Positions 14,289 through 23,041 of a DNA stretch of 32,000 nucleotides are shown in pieces (position 1 is the stretch's first letter; the number at the start of each line of letters is the position of its first letter). The translations under genes and the position numbers were made by a program. The notes below the pieces were generated by a model. It was not told where the DNA came from and did not search any database. It was given only the letters and a program-made list of their open reading frames with translations. This DNA comes from Candidatus Saccharimonadota bacterium (GTDB taxonomy: Bacteria; Patescibacteriota; Saccharimonadia; Saccharimonadales; UBA4665): positions 720,001 through 752,000 of the forward strand of contig CP025011.1 of assembly GCA_002952755.1 (NCBI GenBank), given 5' to 3'.

Positions 14289-15638
14289 ATGGCAAAAGAC
14301 CGTATTCGATATGTATGCTCCAGTTGCGGCGAGACGTCTTTGAGCTGGGCGGGCAAGTGCCCGCAGTGCGGCGCATGGAACACGCTCCAGGAAGAAGCGA
14401 TGATCGAGAGTTCGCCCGGACGCGTGGCAAGTAGTGGGCGCGCTCTCTCGGTTTCGTCAGTAGGCGACTTGGTAACAAAAGATCAAAAGCGATTGCCTAC
14501 GAGCATGCCGGACGTCGACACAGTACTAGGGGGAGGTGTCGTGATTGGTAGTGTTGTCCTCATTGCCGGACAGCCGGGTATCGGCAAAAGCACACTCCTC
14601 TTGCAGCTGGCAGATGCTGTGGCCATCAGGCATAAGGTTCTCTATATCAGTGGAGAAGAGTCTGGCCACCAGATTGGACTGCGTGCAGCCCGTCTAGGGG
14701 CCGTAGGCAAGGCATTACAGTTGGCTACAAGTACCAGTGCCGACGATATCGCAACGACGATTGCCGCCAGCAAGTATGATTTGGTTATTGTGGATTCGAT
14801 CCAGACGATCGCCGCCGGAGGAGTTGCTTCGGCTGCTGGCTCGGTGTCGCAAATCACGAACAGTGCTCATTTGCTGATTGCGGCGGCAAAGCAATCGAAC
14901 ACTGCTGTCTTGCTTGTGGGCCATGTCACAAAAGAAGGCTCAATTGCTGGGCCCAAAGTACTAGAGCATGTCGTCGATGTTGTGCTGCAGCTGGAGGGTG
15001 ACCGCTACGGCGGCTTCAAGATCTTGCGTGCCACCAAAAATCGTTTTGGGCCAACAACCGAAGCTGGTATCTTTGAAATGGATGGAGAAGGACTTAAGCC
15101 CGTCGTCAATCCTTCAGCGGCTTTACTCGCTGAGCGGCAAATTAGCGACGGTTCCATTGTGCTTGCCACGCTTGAAGGAACGCGCCCCTTACTTGTTGAA
15201 GTGCAGGCGCTCGTCAACAGGACGTCCTATGGGTATCCGAAGCGCGCGGCCAGTGGTATCGACTTGAATCGGGTTAACCTATTAGTGGCTATGCTGGAAC
15301 GGCGTACAAAGCTGAACCTGGCCGACCAAGACATTTATGTTAATATCGTGGGCGGTATGCGCATTAGCGAGCCGGCGGCGGATCTTGCAGTTTGCATGGC
15401 CATTGGCTCGGCTGCCAAGGGTTTGCAGCTGCGTAGTAATGCCGTGGTATTTGGCGAGGTCGGTTTGAGTGGTGAGGTGCGGCATGTCCCATATATCGAG
15501 AAACGCTTGTCCGAAGCGGCGAAGCTGGGTTTTGAGGCGGCTATTGGGCCAGTCCAAAAAACAGGCAAAAAATCATCATTATTACAGGGAGTCCCAGATG
15601 TGCGGAGCGCTCTCAATCAATTCCTAGAGAAAGAATAA
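14289..15638 (+). CDS. radA: DNA repair protein RadA/Sms
   Basis: Zinc finger CSSCGETSLSWAGKCPQCGAWNT, Walker A GQPGIGKSTLLLQ, KNRFG motif, and a Lon-protease-like C-terminal domain. Confidence 0.95.
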   Translation: MAKDRIRYVCSSCGETSLSWAGKCPQCGAWNTLQEEAMIESSPGRVASSGRALSVSSVGDLVTKDQKRLPTSMPDVDTVLGGGVVIGSVVLIAGQPGIGKSTLLLQLADAVAIRHKVLYISGEESGHQIGLRAARLGAVGKALQLATSTSADDIATTIAASKYDLVIVDSIQTIAAGGVASAAGSVSQITNSAHLLIAAAKQSNTAVLLVGHVTKEGSIAGPKVLEHVVDVVLQLEGDRYGGFKILRATKNRFGPTTEAGIFEMDGEGLKPVVNPSAALLAERQISDGSIVLATLEGTRPLLVEVQALVNRTSYGYPKRAASGIDLNRVNLLVAMLERRTKLNLADQDIYVNIVGGMRISEPAADLAVCMAIGSAAKGLQLRSNAVVFGEVGLSGEVRHVPYIEKRLSEAAKLGFEAAIGPVQKTGKKSSLLQGVPDVRSALNQFLEKE

Positions 15639-15643
15639 AACAA

Positions 15644-16492
15644 ATGTTTGATATTATCGAAATTATATTATTGCTTGGTATTGGTAGCCTGGTATATAGC
15701 CAAAAAGGCGATGCCAATCTAAAGATATTTGGCAAACAGCACAGAGTCATCTTAGATAGCTGCGCATTAATAGACGGCCGGATTACCGAGATCATGCGTA
15801 CCGGATTTGTGATTAGTGAGCTGGTTATCCCCCAGTTTATTGTGAACGAATTACAGTTGCTGGCCGACGGCAACGACTCACATAAGCGCGAACGTGCACG
15901 TTACGGCCTGGATATTGCACACGAATTACAAGACAGCGCACCAGTGAGGGTAGTGATCGACCGGACCGTATTTGATGGCGTGCAGGCCACGGATGACAAA
16001 CTCGTAGCGCTCGCTAAGAAGCTTAAAGCACGGCTCTATACCACCGATTACAACTTATCTAAAGTGGCGGCAGTGGAAGGTGTGCAAGTGCTGAACGTCA
16101 ATGAACTAGCACAGTCACTACGACCCATTACGCTGCCAGGCGAAACGCTCAACATCAAGATAGTGCAAAAAGGCAGCAACCGAGACCAAGGCGTCGGCTA
16201 TTTAGAAGACGGCACAATGATTGTCATTGAAGGTGGCGCCCGGTATATCGGACGCGAAGTGCCCGTAGGTGTTACGCGTATGCACCAAACAGTGGCTGGC
16301 AAGATGGTTTTTGGGCAGATTAAAGAAGAGCGAAAACGCACTACGACGAAGCCTGAGGGCACACAGGCGAAGATCCCATCCTCCTCAGCTCAATCAGTAC
16401 GCCATCCCCATTCACGTACTCCACAGCCTACCGAGAGTCGTTTGCGTGCCCGGCTGCGTTCGACCACAAGCCGACATCACGGAGCATCGTAA
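15644..16492 (+). CDS. PIN/TRAM domain protein (YacL-like)
   Basis: N-terminal hydrophobic helix, PIN core (VILDSCALIDGRI...TTDYNLSKVAAVEGVQVLNVNEL), TRAM-like barrel (ETLNIKIVQKGSNRDQGVGYLEDGTMIVIEGG), and a basic S/T/P/R-rich tail. It follows radA, as in Firmicutes. Confidence 0.8.
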   Translation: MFDIIEIILLLGIGSLVYSQKGDANLKIFGKQHRVILDSCALIDGRITEIMRTGFVISELVIPQFIVNELQLLADGNDSHKRERARYGLDIAHELQDSAPVRVVIDRTVFDGVQATDDKLVALAKKLKARLYTTDYNLSKVAAVEGVQVLNVNELAQSLRPITLPGETLNIKIVQKGSNRDQGVGYLEDGTMIVIEGGARYIGREVPVGVTRMHQTVAGKMVFGQIKEERKRTTTKPEGTQAKIPSSSAQSVRHPHSRTPQPTESRLRARLRSTTSRHHGAS

Positions 16493-16542
16493 ATAGTCGA
16501 CTTAATTTGTCGTCCTAGAATGCAAGGTATTACAATGGTGGA

Positions 16543-17184
16543 ATGTTTCGCCAAAGCTACGGGTTCTCTAGTCTTAAATCATTCCTTCCAGAATCCTACT
16601 TGATTAGGACGAAGGATACAGGGGCCCTATCATTTAAGTATCAAGCCAGACTAGGCCAGAAACTCAATCGATGGAATTATTTACTCGATTCGAGAGAGTG
16701 GCGACAGCCGCAACGTGGCCTGACGACTAACTATGAGCACCGTAAGCGCCTAGGCGCTCTGACGCTTGCAGCTTCCGAGCTGTCGCCTGTAGTGGCTTAT
16801 TCATCCGCGCCACCTGCAAGTTTAGAAATCTACCAGAATGGCTATACATTTCTGCATGTGGGGAAGGTGGCTGGGTTGCAAAGTCTTAGGGATCAGTTAG
16901 CAGCTGCCGCTCAGTATATAGAAGCAAATCCTCCGCTTTCAGAAAGGCCATACGTTGCCGGAGTTACGTACAGCGAACTCGCTAGAGTCGCAACCAAGAT
17001 TGGCTTCTATCCCATGGAGATAAAGTTGATTAGTATTAGTTTCGAAACATACTTACGGGCAACGTATATGGCCTACTGTGCCATTAACGGTAAGAACGCA
17101 GATGATTTTCAGCCGAGTGCCGTCTTTATGCCAACACAGGAGTTCGTTAGCAGATTCAGTATCCCAACTGCTGCTGCAGAGTAG
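16543..17184 (+). CDS. Hypothetical protein (no recognisable domain)
   Basis: 213-aa ORF with no competing ORF. TACAAT (16531-16536) lies 6 nt upstream of the ATG. Confidence 0.55.
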   Translation: MFRQSYGFSSLKSFLPESYLIRTKDTGALSFKYQARLGQKLNRWNYLLDSREWRQPQRGLTTNYEHRKRLGALTLAASELSPVVAYSSAPPASLEIYQNGYTFLHVGKVAGLQSLRDQLAAAAQYIEANPPLSERPYVAGVTYSELARVATKIGFYPMEIKLISISFETYLRATYMAYCAINGKNADDFQPSAVFMPTQEFVSRFSIPTAAAE

Positions 17185-17186
17185 AT

Positions 17187-17234
17187 AAGAGGAGCTTTAG
17201 GTAGTTGAGTGAAGGATTGTCCTAAGCTCCTCTT
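17187..17234. terminator. Hairpin without a U tract between convergent genes (possible bidirectional terminator)
   Basis: AAGAGGAGCTTTAGG (17187-17201) pairs with CCTAAGCTCCTCTT (17221-17234), giving 14 bp with a 1-nt bulge and a 19-nt loop. No flanking T run. Confidence 0.4.
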
Positions 17235-17244
17235 GCGGGTTGTG

Positions 17245-20217
17245 CTAGTGGCCATTTCCATTGCCGCCACCTCCACCACCGGGAGGGGATGATGCAGTAA
17301 TGGTGATATTGCTGGTGTCGCTTTGGCCGGTGTAGAGGACGCTGTCGATCGCTTGCGCTTGGACGCTAACGCTACCGGCAGCTGTGGGCGTATAGCTGAA
17401 TTGATATGTGTATACATTACCTTGGTCGGAAGGAATAGAGATCGACTGCACGCTTTGACCATTCACATTCAGCGCAAACGTGCCCGCTGGTGCATCCGTA
17501 TAAGGCCCTCCGGATAGCGCATGCGTACCTTGTGATGCAGTGGCTGTAATGAGGCATGTCGAGCCGACAACGCAAGTCGATGGTGTAGTAATGCTCACCG
17601 TAGGCTTGGAGTCGCCGCAGTTGTGTACATCGTCCGAGGCAGTGATATTAGCACTGGCGGATGATCCACTGTTCACAAACGAGTCTGCCGAGAGGTTGTT
17701 CACGCTGCCGCCGCTGCCAGCCTTGGTAGCAAGTTGAGGCGTACAAGTTGTTGCCAGCTTATTAGATACGATATCGATAGACTGCGCAGTACCAGACCCC
17801 TTAGCTTGGACATACCAGCTGGGGAAAATATCTTTCGAGGGGCTCGGTACGATTTCGCTGTTCCTGGCAGACACCCGGTGGTCTACCACGAAGGCGGGTA
17901 GTGTCTGAATGTCGGATGGTGGGCTCCAGTTCACTGGCTTCATATTCAGTGCGTCGTGGGCGCCTTGCATCCAGCCGCGCACAATAGGCTCGGTCATCGT
18001 CTCCATATTACCGGTCATTGCTACGGTACGCGTATGGTAGCCCACCCAGGTGAGTGCGGTGTATTGAGTAGACCAGCTGGCCATCAGACCATCGAAGGCG
18101 AAGTTAGTAGTACCGGTCTTGACGGCGAAGTCCCATCCATTGTAACGCTGGAATTTGTATTGGAAATTGTCGTGCAAGTGGCCATTAGTCATACCAGAAA
18201 CTTCTTGCGTACAGGTGGTGTCTGTGCATTTACCGGGCAGATAGCTGGCGTTAGGATCAGAAGCCATGTTGTCGACGATGTAGGCCGTGTCAGGGCGCAG
18301 AATTTGTTTTGGTGTAGGCTGCTGGAATTGGAAGATTGTTTTGTTACTAGAGTCAGTGATCTTAATAATGTACGTATGCTTAACGGTTGCGCCTAAACGG
18401 GCCAATGTAGCTAAGCCGTTGACATGGTCATCCAGATGCAGGTAGGCGCCGTCGCCGATTGCTGACGACCCAAAACATTGCGTTTCGTCTGCTTTAGTGG
18501 CCTTTGGCACATTGGTGCCGTCCTTGTAGCAGTGGTAACCGTCGTCGTTGCCCATCATAGCTTCGGCAGTACTGATTGTTTTATTAATTGAGGGGACGCG
18601 GTCGGGAGTGTTGTCGTTCGGCAAAGCGGAGAGCATGGCTTTCATAGCTGGGATGTTACGGGAGCCGCCTAATGCATACCGAAGCGTGATTGGGCCAGGG
18701 AAGTTGAAGTCGTAATCTGTCGCACAGTTCCCCCCATCTTTTGGCGGAGCGGGATTGTCACAGCGGTAACCCGGGATCTTGCCCTTGCTGTCGTACAATA
18801 CCGATCCAGCACCGGCATCCGTATGATTCTCGATGAAAGTTGCGTAATCGTATGGTTTGAAGCTGGAGCCAGGAGAGATGTTGGCATCGGTGGCATAGTT
18901 GAACTCTCCGTGATCTGGATCGCTGAAGTCTACACCGCCCACGAGTGAAACAATCTGGCCGGTCTTATTATCTTCGGCGACGAAGGCAGCTTCATCACCT
19001 TTTTGGGCTTCGATAATAGGCCGATCTTTTTGCACGACATCTTCGGCTAGATTTTGCAGATTGATATCCAGAGTAGTGATAACTTTCCAACCGCCCAGTC
19101 GGACCGTAGCAGCACCGTAGGTACTCTCCAGCTCAGCTTTAGCAGCAAGTACAAAATATGGCGCCTTAATACCAGTGTAGAGCGACGGAGATTCAGGTTT
19201 TACTTGGGCCAAAATATCTACCTTTTTGGCGTCAGTAGCTTCTTTCGTCGTAATAAGGTGCTGTGATGCCATTTGGTCGAGGATGTAATGCTGCCTTGTA
19301 ATCAGATCTTTGGCGTCGAAATCGGGGCCATATGGAGAGTAGTGACTTGGCGCCTTTGGAATGGCTGCGAGCATAGATGCCTGGGCGAGTGTGAGGTTCT
19401 GCGCATCGACCCCGAAATAATCCTGCGATGCAACCTGGGCGCCGTAATCGACGGGGCCGTATGGTGCAATATTAAGATAGCCGGCAAGAATGTCTTGCTT
19501 GGAGTACTCGCGTTCCAATTCGACGGCCAGGATAACTTCTTTTGCTTTGCGGGTAAGAGTACGGTCGCCCGTCCATTGCTCATTGAGCTTTACTAATTGC
19601 TGGCTAATGGTAGAACCGCCCTGTACGCCACCGCCACCGCCGACAACATCGTGTAGTCCTGCCCGGATAATACCGCGCACATCGAAGGCGCCATGCTTAT
19701 AAAAATCTTTGTCTTCGATAGCCACGGTAGCGTTTTTGAGGTTGTTATTGATCTGGTCGCCCGGTACCGGCACACGCTTGACGGCATTGTAATCCTGCCA
19801 CAGTACTGTCTTGCCGGTACGGTCGTAGTAGGTGATACTGCCGCCAAAATTATTGCCCGAAATATCTTTAATGTTGGGCAGATCTTTACGGAAGTAGGCA
19901 AATACGCCCACAATTAACAAGAAGCATGCAACAATACCGACACCAGTGATCTTGAGGGCCATAATGGCGCCATCGCGGCTAAACCAGTAATGCATCATTT
20001 GCTTGGGCCGGAGACGGAACAGGATGCGCTTGAAGCGATTTTTGGGCAGCGTCCCAAGGTAAGCGGCGCGCCGGCGGGCTTTTGCGTCACGGGCGGCGCG
20101 ATATCGCTGCGAGAGGCTCCTATTAAGCGTGATAGCATTTCCGCTTTTGGTAGTAAAAGTATTCTTGCCTGGACGCTTGCGGCCAGTGGAGGTGGCTTTC
20201 TTTTTCGGATCGGTCAT
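17245..20217 (-). CDS. ponA: Class A penicillin-binding protein (glycosyltransferase + transpeptidase) with a beta-rich C-terminal domain and Gly-rich tail
   Basis: GT51 motifs EDKDFYKHGAFDVRG, GGSTISQQLVK and RKAKEVILAVELE. Transpeptidase motifs SPGSSFK (SxxK), SRN and KTGTT. Start set to the ATG at 20217 (MTDPKKK...) because the track start at 20286 coincides with the -35-like hexamer of the predicted promoter, upstream of the predicted transcription start. Confidence 0.9.
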   Translation of the reverse strand: MTDPKKKATSTGRKRPGKNTFTTKSGNAITLNRSLSQRYRAARDAKARRRAAYLGTLPKNRFKRILFRLRPKQMMHYWFSRDGAIMALKITGVGIVACFLLIVGVFAYFRKDLPNIKDISGNNFGGSITYYDRTGKTVLWQDYNAVKRVPVPGDQINNNLKNATVAIEDKDFYKHGAFDVRGIIRAGLHDVVGGGGGVQGGSTISQQLVKLNEQWTGDRTLTRKAKEVILAVELEREYSKQDILAGYLNIAPYGPVDYGAQVASQDYFGVDAQNLTLAQASMLAAIPKAPSHYSPYGPDFDAKDLITRQHYILDQMASQHLITTKEATDAKKVDILAQVKPESPSLYTGIKAPYFVLAAKAELESTYGAATVRLGGWKVITTLDINLQNLAEDVVQKDRPIIEAQKGDEAAFVAEDNKTGQIVSLVGGVDFSDPDHGEFNYATDANISPGSSFKPYDYATFIENHTDAGAGSVLYDSKGKIPGYRCDNPAPPKDGGNCATDYDFNFPGPITLRYALGGSRNIPAMKAMLSALPNDNTPDRVPSINKTISTAEAMMGNDDGYHCYKDGTNVPKATKADETQCFGSSAIGDGAYLHLDDHVNGLATLARLGATVKHTYIIKITDSSNKTIFQFQQPTPKQILRPDTAYIVDNMASDPNASYLPGKCTDTTCTQEVSGMTNGHLHDNFQYKFQRYNGWDFAVKTGTTNFAFDGLMASWSTQYTALTWVGYHTRTVAMTGNMETMTEPIVRGWMQGAHDALNMKPVNWSPPSDIQTLPAFVVDHRVSARNSEIVPSPSKDIFPSWYVQAKGSGTAQSIDIVSNKLATTCTPQLATKAGSGGSVNNLSADSFVNSGSSASANITASDDVHNCGDSKPTVSITTPSTCVVGSTCLITATASQGTHALSGGPYTDAPAGTFALNVNGQSVQSISIPSDQGNVYTYQFSYTPTAAGSVSVQAQAIDSVLYTGQSDTSNITITASSPPGGGGGGNGNGH

Positions 20218-20255
20218 TCGTTTCCCATTCCTGTTCCCAGGGTTATATAACTGGT

Positions 20256-20264
20256 AGTATACCA
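20256..20264 (-). promoter_or_regulatory. Extended -10 box (TGgTATACT) upstream of the PBP gene
   Basis: The reverse complement of 20256-20264 reads TGGTATACT. A TTGCAC -35-like hexamer lies at 20281-20286 but with a long 19-nt spacer. A 7-bp palindrome (CTGGTAG/CTACCAG, 20251-20274) spans the box. Confidence 0.4.
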
Positions 20265-20451
20265 AACCTACCAGCTGACCGTGCAAGCATAACTTGTGGC
20301 TCTAGAGGCACTTACTTCAGCTTTTCTTCAGATTAGGATATACTTATGGCTACTATGCAAGTCGCCGACCCAGTTCGCCATCAATATATGTATCCACGTT
20401 CCTAGCCCTCTTTAAGACGTGTATTATTGATGGTAAGGAGAACTTTTAGAT

Positions 20452-21693
20452 ATGTCTGATATGACACTTTCGGAAGAATTAATATGGCGTGGTTTTGTAA
20501 ACCAGTCAACATTTGCCGATTTGTCGGAGCTGGATCATAAGCAGTGGACTTTCTACCACGGCTTCGACGCCTCGGCCGATTCGCAGACTGTTGGCAACCT
20601 GGCTGCTATGATGTTCGACAAGGTCTTTATGCGCCACGGACATACGGCAATCATCGTGGCCGGCGGTGCTACAAGCTTAATTGGCGACCCCGGCGGTAAA
20701 GATAATGAACGAGTGCTGCAAAGCGAAGAAACGGTAGCACACAACATCGACTGCGCCAAAGTACAACTCCAGAAAGTACTGAGCGGGCACGAATTCACGC
20801 TTGTAAACAACCTGGATTGGACGAAAGGCATCTCGATTATCGAGTTTCTGCGCGATATTGGCAAACACTTTAGCATGACGCCGCTTGTCCAACGCGACTA
20901 TATCGCCAAACGCATAGGCGAAGGTGGCGCCGGCATTAGCTACACCGAATTCAGTTACACCATTCTACAGGGTATGGATTTTTTGCATCTCTATGACACA
21001 TACGGTGTCACCCTCCAACTGGGGGGATCCGATCAGTGGGGTAACTGTTTGTCCGGGGTCGAATTAGTGCGCCGGGCGCGCGGCCAGGAAGCGCATGTCA
21101 TAACACTGCCGCTCATCATCAATAAGTCGACCGGCAAAAAGTTTGGCAAAAGCGAAGAAGGTGCGGTGTGGCTCGATCCAGACAAAACCAGCCCATTCAT
21201 GTTCTATCAATTTTGGCTGAATGTTGATGACAGCAGTGCAGAAGATTACCTAAAGATTTTTACGGAGTTGGATAAAGCTTCTGTAGATGCAGTGATGCAG
21301 GAGTTCGCACAGGATAAGGGGGGGCGTGCAGCGCAGAAGAAGCTGGCGCAAGAAGTAACTAAAATTGTCCACGGCGCAACAGTCGCCGCCGCCGCTCAAA
21401 AGGCGACCGAGGCACTCTTTGGCCGTAGTGGTAATCAAACACTCGACCAGGATGAGCTGGCGGCACTCAAAGCCGACTTGCCTTTCGTAGCGGCCCACAA
21501 AGACCAGCCTCTCGAAGAGATACTCATTAGCGGGGCACTTGCCACGTCGAAATCAGATGCGACTCGCTTAATTGCTTCCGGCGCTGTGTCGCTCAACTGG
21601 CAAAAGGTGAATGATAATAAAGGTGTATTGTCGCCTGGGCTAAATCTGGTCAAAGTGGGTAAAAACAACTTCGCTATCGTCGAGCAAAGGTAG
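20452..21693 (+). CDS. tyrS: Tyrosine--tRNA ligase
   Basis: Class I signature regions (YHGFDASADSQTVGNL in place of HIGH; KFGKS for KMSKS) and a C-terminal S4 domain. Strong SD AAGGAG. Confidence 0.92.
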   Translation: MSDMTLSEELIWRGFVNQSTFADLSELDHKQWTFYHGFDASADSQTVGNLAAMMFDKVFMRHGHTAIIVAGGATSLIGDPGGKDNERVLQSEETVAHNIDCAKVQLQKVLSGHEFTLVNNLDWTKGISIIEFLRDIGKHFSMTPLVQRDYIAKRIGEGGAGISYTEFSYTILQGMDFLHLYDTYGVTLQLGGSDQWGNCLSGVELVRRARGQEAHVITLPLIINKSTGKKFGKSEEGAVWLDPDKTSPFMFYQFWLNVDDSSAEDYLKIFTELDKASVDAVMQEFAQDKGGRAAQKKLAQEVTKIVHGATVAAAAQKATEALFGRSGNQTLDQDELAALKADLPFVAAHKDQPLEEILISGALATSKSDATRLIASGAVSLNWQKVNDNKGVLSPGLNLVKVGKNNFAIVEQR

Positions 21694-21713
21694 TGCTGTA
21701 TACTTAACTCTAT

Positions 21714-22499
21714 ATGAAAAATGAACCCGCCAAGGCGGCTCAGCCCAAAAAACGAGCCGACCAATACAACGACCCTACCCATAACTACATGAAATACTGG
21801 GAGGGCCGTGAGTATGAGAATGCCTCCGAGGAGATGGCTATCAAACGATTACTGGAAGGAAAGCATTTTAAGTCTGCAGTAGACGTTGGTGGCGGCTATG
21901 GCCGCCTGTGCTTGTTACTCGAAGATTATGCAGACAAAGTAACTCTCGCCGAACCGAGCCAGCAACAGCTTGACCTGGCGAAAATTTTCCTTAAAGACCA
22001 CCCTCAGATTGACCGAAAGTTGTTGCAGGCAGAAGACCTCAAGTTTAAGGATAGTTCGATTGATCTGTTGACGATGATCCGTGTCATGCATCACTTGCCA
22101 GACCCAAGCCCGGAATTCGCCGAGATTGCCCGCGTACTGTCCGATGACGGGTTCGCTATCATTGAGGTTGCCAATTATACACATGCCCGCAACCGCCTGA
22201 AACACATCGTCAAAGGTAAAAAGATGCCAACCGAGCCAGTGGATATTCGTTCCGCCATTCACAAGAAGAAAGATGAAATTCCGTTTGTAAATCACAACCC
22301 CCATACGGTCATTAAGCAATTGGCACATGCCGGCCTTAAGGTGGATCGCATCCTGTCGGTCTCAAACTTGCGCAGCACGGGGCTGAAAAAGATTATGCCA
22401 AAGAGCATGATGTTGGCCATTGAGGGCATTCTGCAGCCTACATTAGCTGGCAGCTTCTTCGGGCCGAGCGTATTCTTTTTAGTGCGCAAAGGGCAATAA
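21714..22499 (+). CDS. Class I SAM-dependent methyltransferase
   Basis: Motif I VDVGGGYGRL, and a post-I acidic residue in VTLAEPS. Typical Methyltransf_11/25 layout. Substrate unknown. Confidence 0.75.
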   Translation: MKNEPAKAAQPKKRADQYNDPTHNYMKYWEGREYENASEEMAIKRLLEGKHFKSAVDVGGGYGRLCLLLEDYADKVTLAEPSQQQLDLAKIFLKDHPQIDRKLLQAEDLKFKDSSIDLLTMIRVMHHLPDPSPEFAEIARVLSDDGFAIIEVANYTHARNRLKHIVKGKKMPTEPVDIRSAIHKKKDEIPFVNHNPHTVIKQLAHAGLKVDRILSVSNLRSTGLKKIMPKSMMLAIEGILQPTLAGSFFGPSVFFLVRKGQ

Positions 22500-22514
22500 A
22501 ACGATGGTGGGCGG

Positions 22515-23021
22515 ATGGAACAGCTAAATTCTGAGCCATCTCCCAACGAGTACAATCATCTGTACGAACGTTTAATGAGCGATGGCTCACATTTTGCGAA
22601 TCCACTCCATTTATACCTGGGAGAAGTCGGCGAAAACGCATGTGAATACGAGTTCCCTCCCGGCATACATGATCAGGTTATGCCCCCTTCTATACCGAGC
22701 GATGTACTTATCGGCTGCGGCATCCATCCCTTTTTTAAAGAGCAGAGCATCATAACAATTGAGTACACTATTGGACTGCCCGACGCACACCTGGCACTCT
22801 CTGCTTACATTTTCTTTGGAAGTAAATTTGCCATAGCCGCGACGACATATGAAGGCTATTTCGATAGGCGACAGCCGGTTACAGAGCTTTTTCAGAATAT
22901 TATGTATAACATGTCGTTTTTTGATGTGTCTGGAAGACTACGTCCGACCCCTTATGCTGGACTGGTACGGTACGTCAACCTGGCATTTGAACAACGGTGG
23001 ATAGTACGCGGCGACGACTAG
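22515..23021 (+). CDS. Hypothetical protein (no recognisable domain)
   Basis: 168-aa ORF packed tightly between the methyltransferase gene and recG. No motif recognised. Confidence 0.5.
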   Translation: MEQLNSEPSPNEYNHLYERLMSDGSHFANPLHLYLGEVGENACEYEFPPGIHDQVMPPSIPSDVLIGCGIHPFFKEQSIITIEYTIGLPDAHLALSAYIFFGSKFAIAATTYEGYFDRRQPVTELFQNIMYNMSFFDVSGRLRPTPYAGLVRYVNLAFEQRWIVRGDD

Positions 23022-23041
23022 CCTGTATACTGTGAGACATC

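Noticed and set aside
20218-20286. Track start of the PBP ORF at 20286 (23 extra residues, MHGQLVGLVYY...)
   Set aside because: This stretch contains the predicted promoter (TGGTATACT, palindrome). The ATG at 20217 gives the typical basic cytoplasmic N-terminus, MTDPKKK.
20287-20451. T-box leader upstream of tyrS (and of hisS at 29102-29454)
   Set aside because: No T-box sequence (AAnnnGGGUGGUACCGCG-like) and no terminator/antiterminator pair is visible in either leader.
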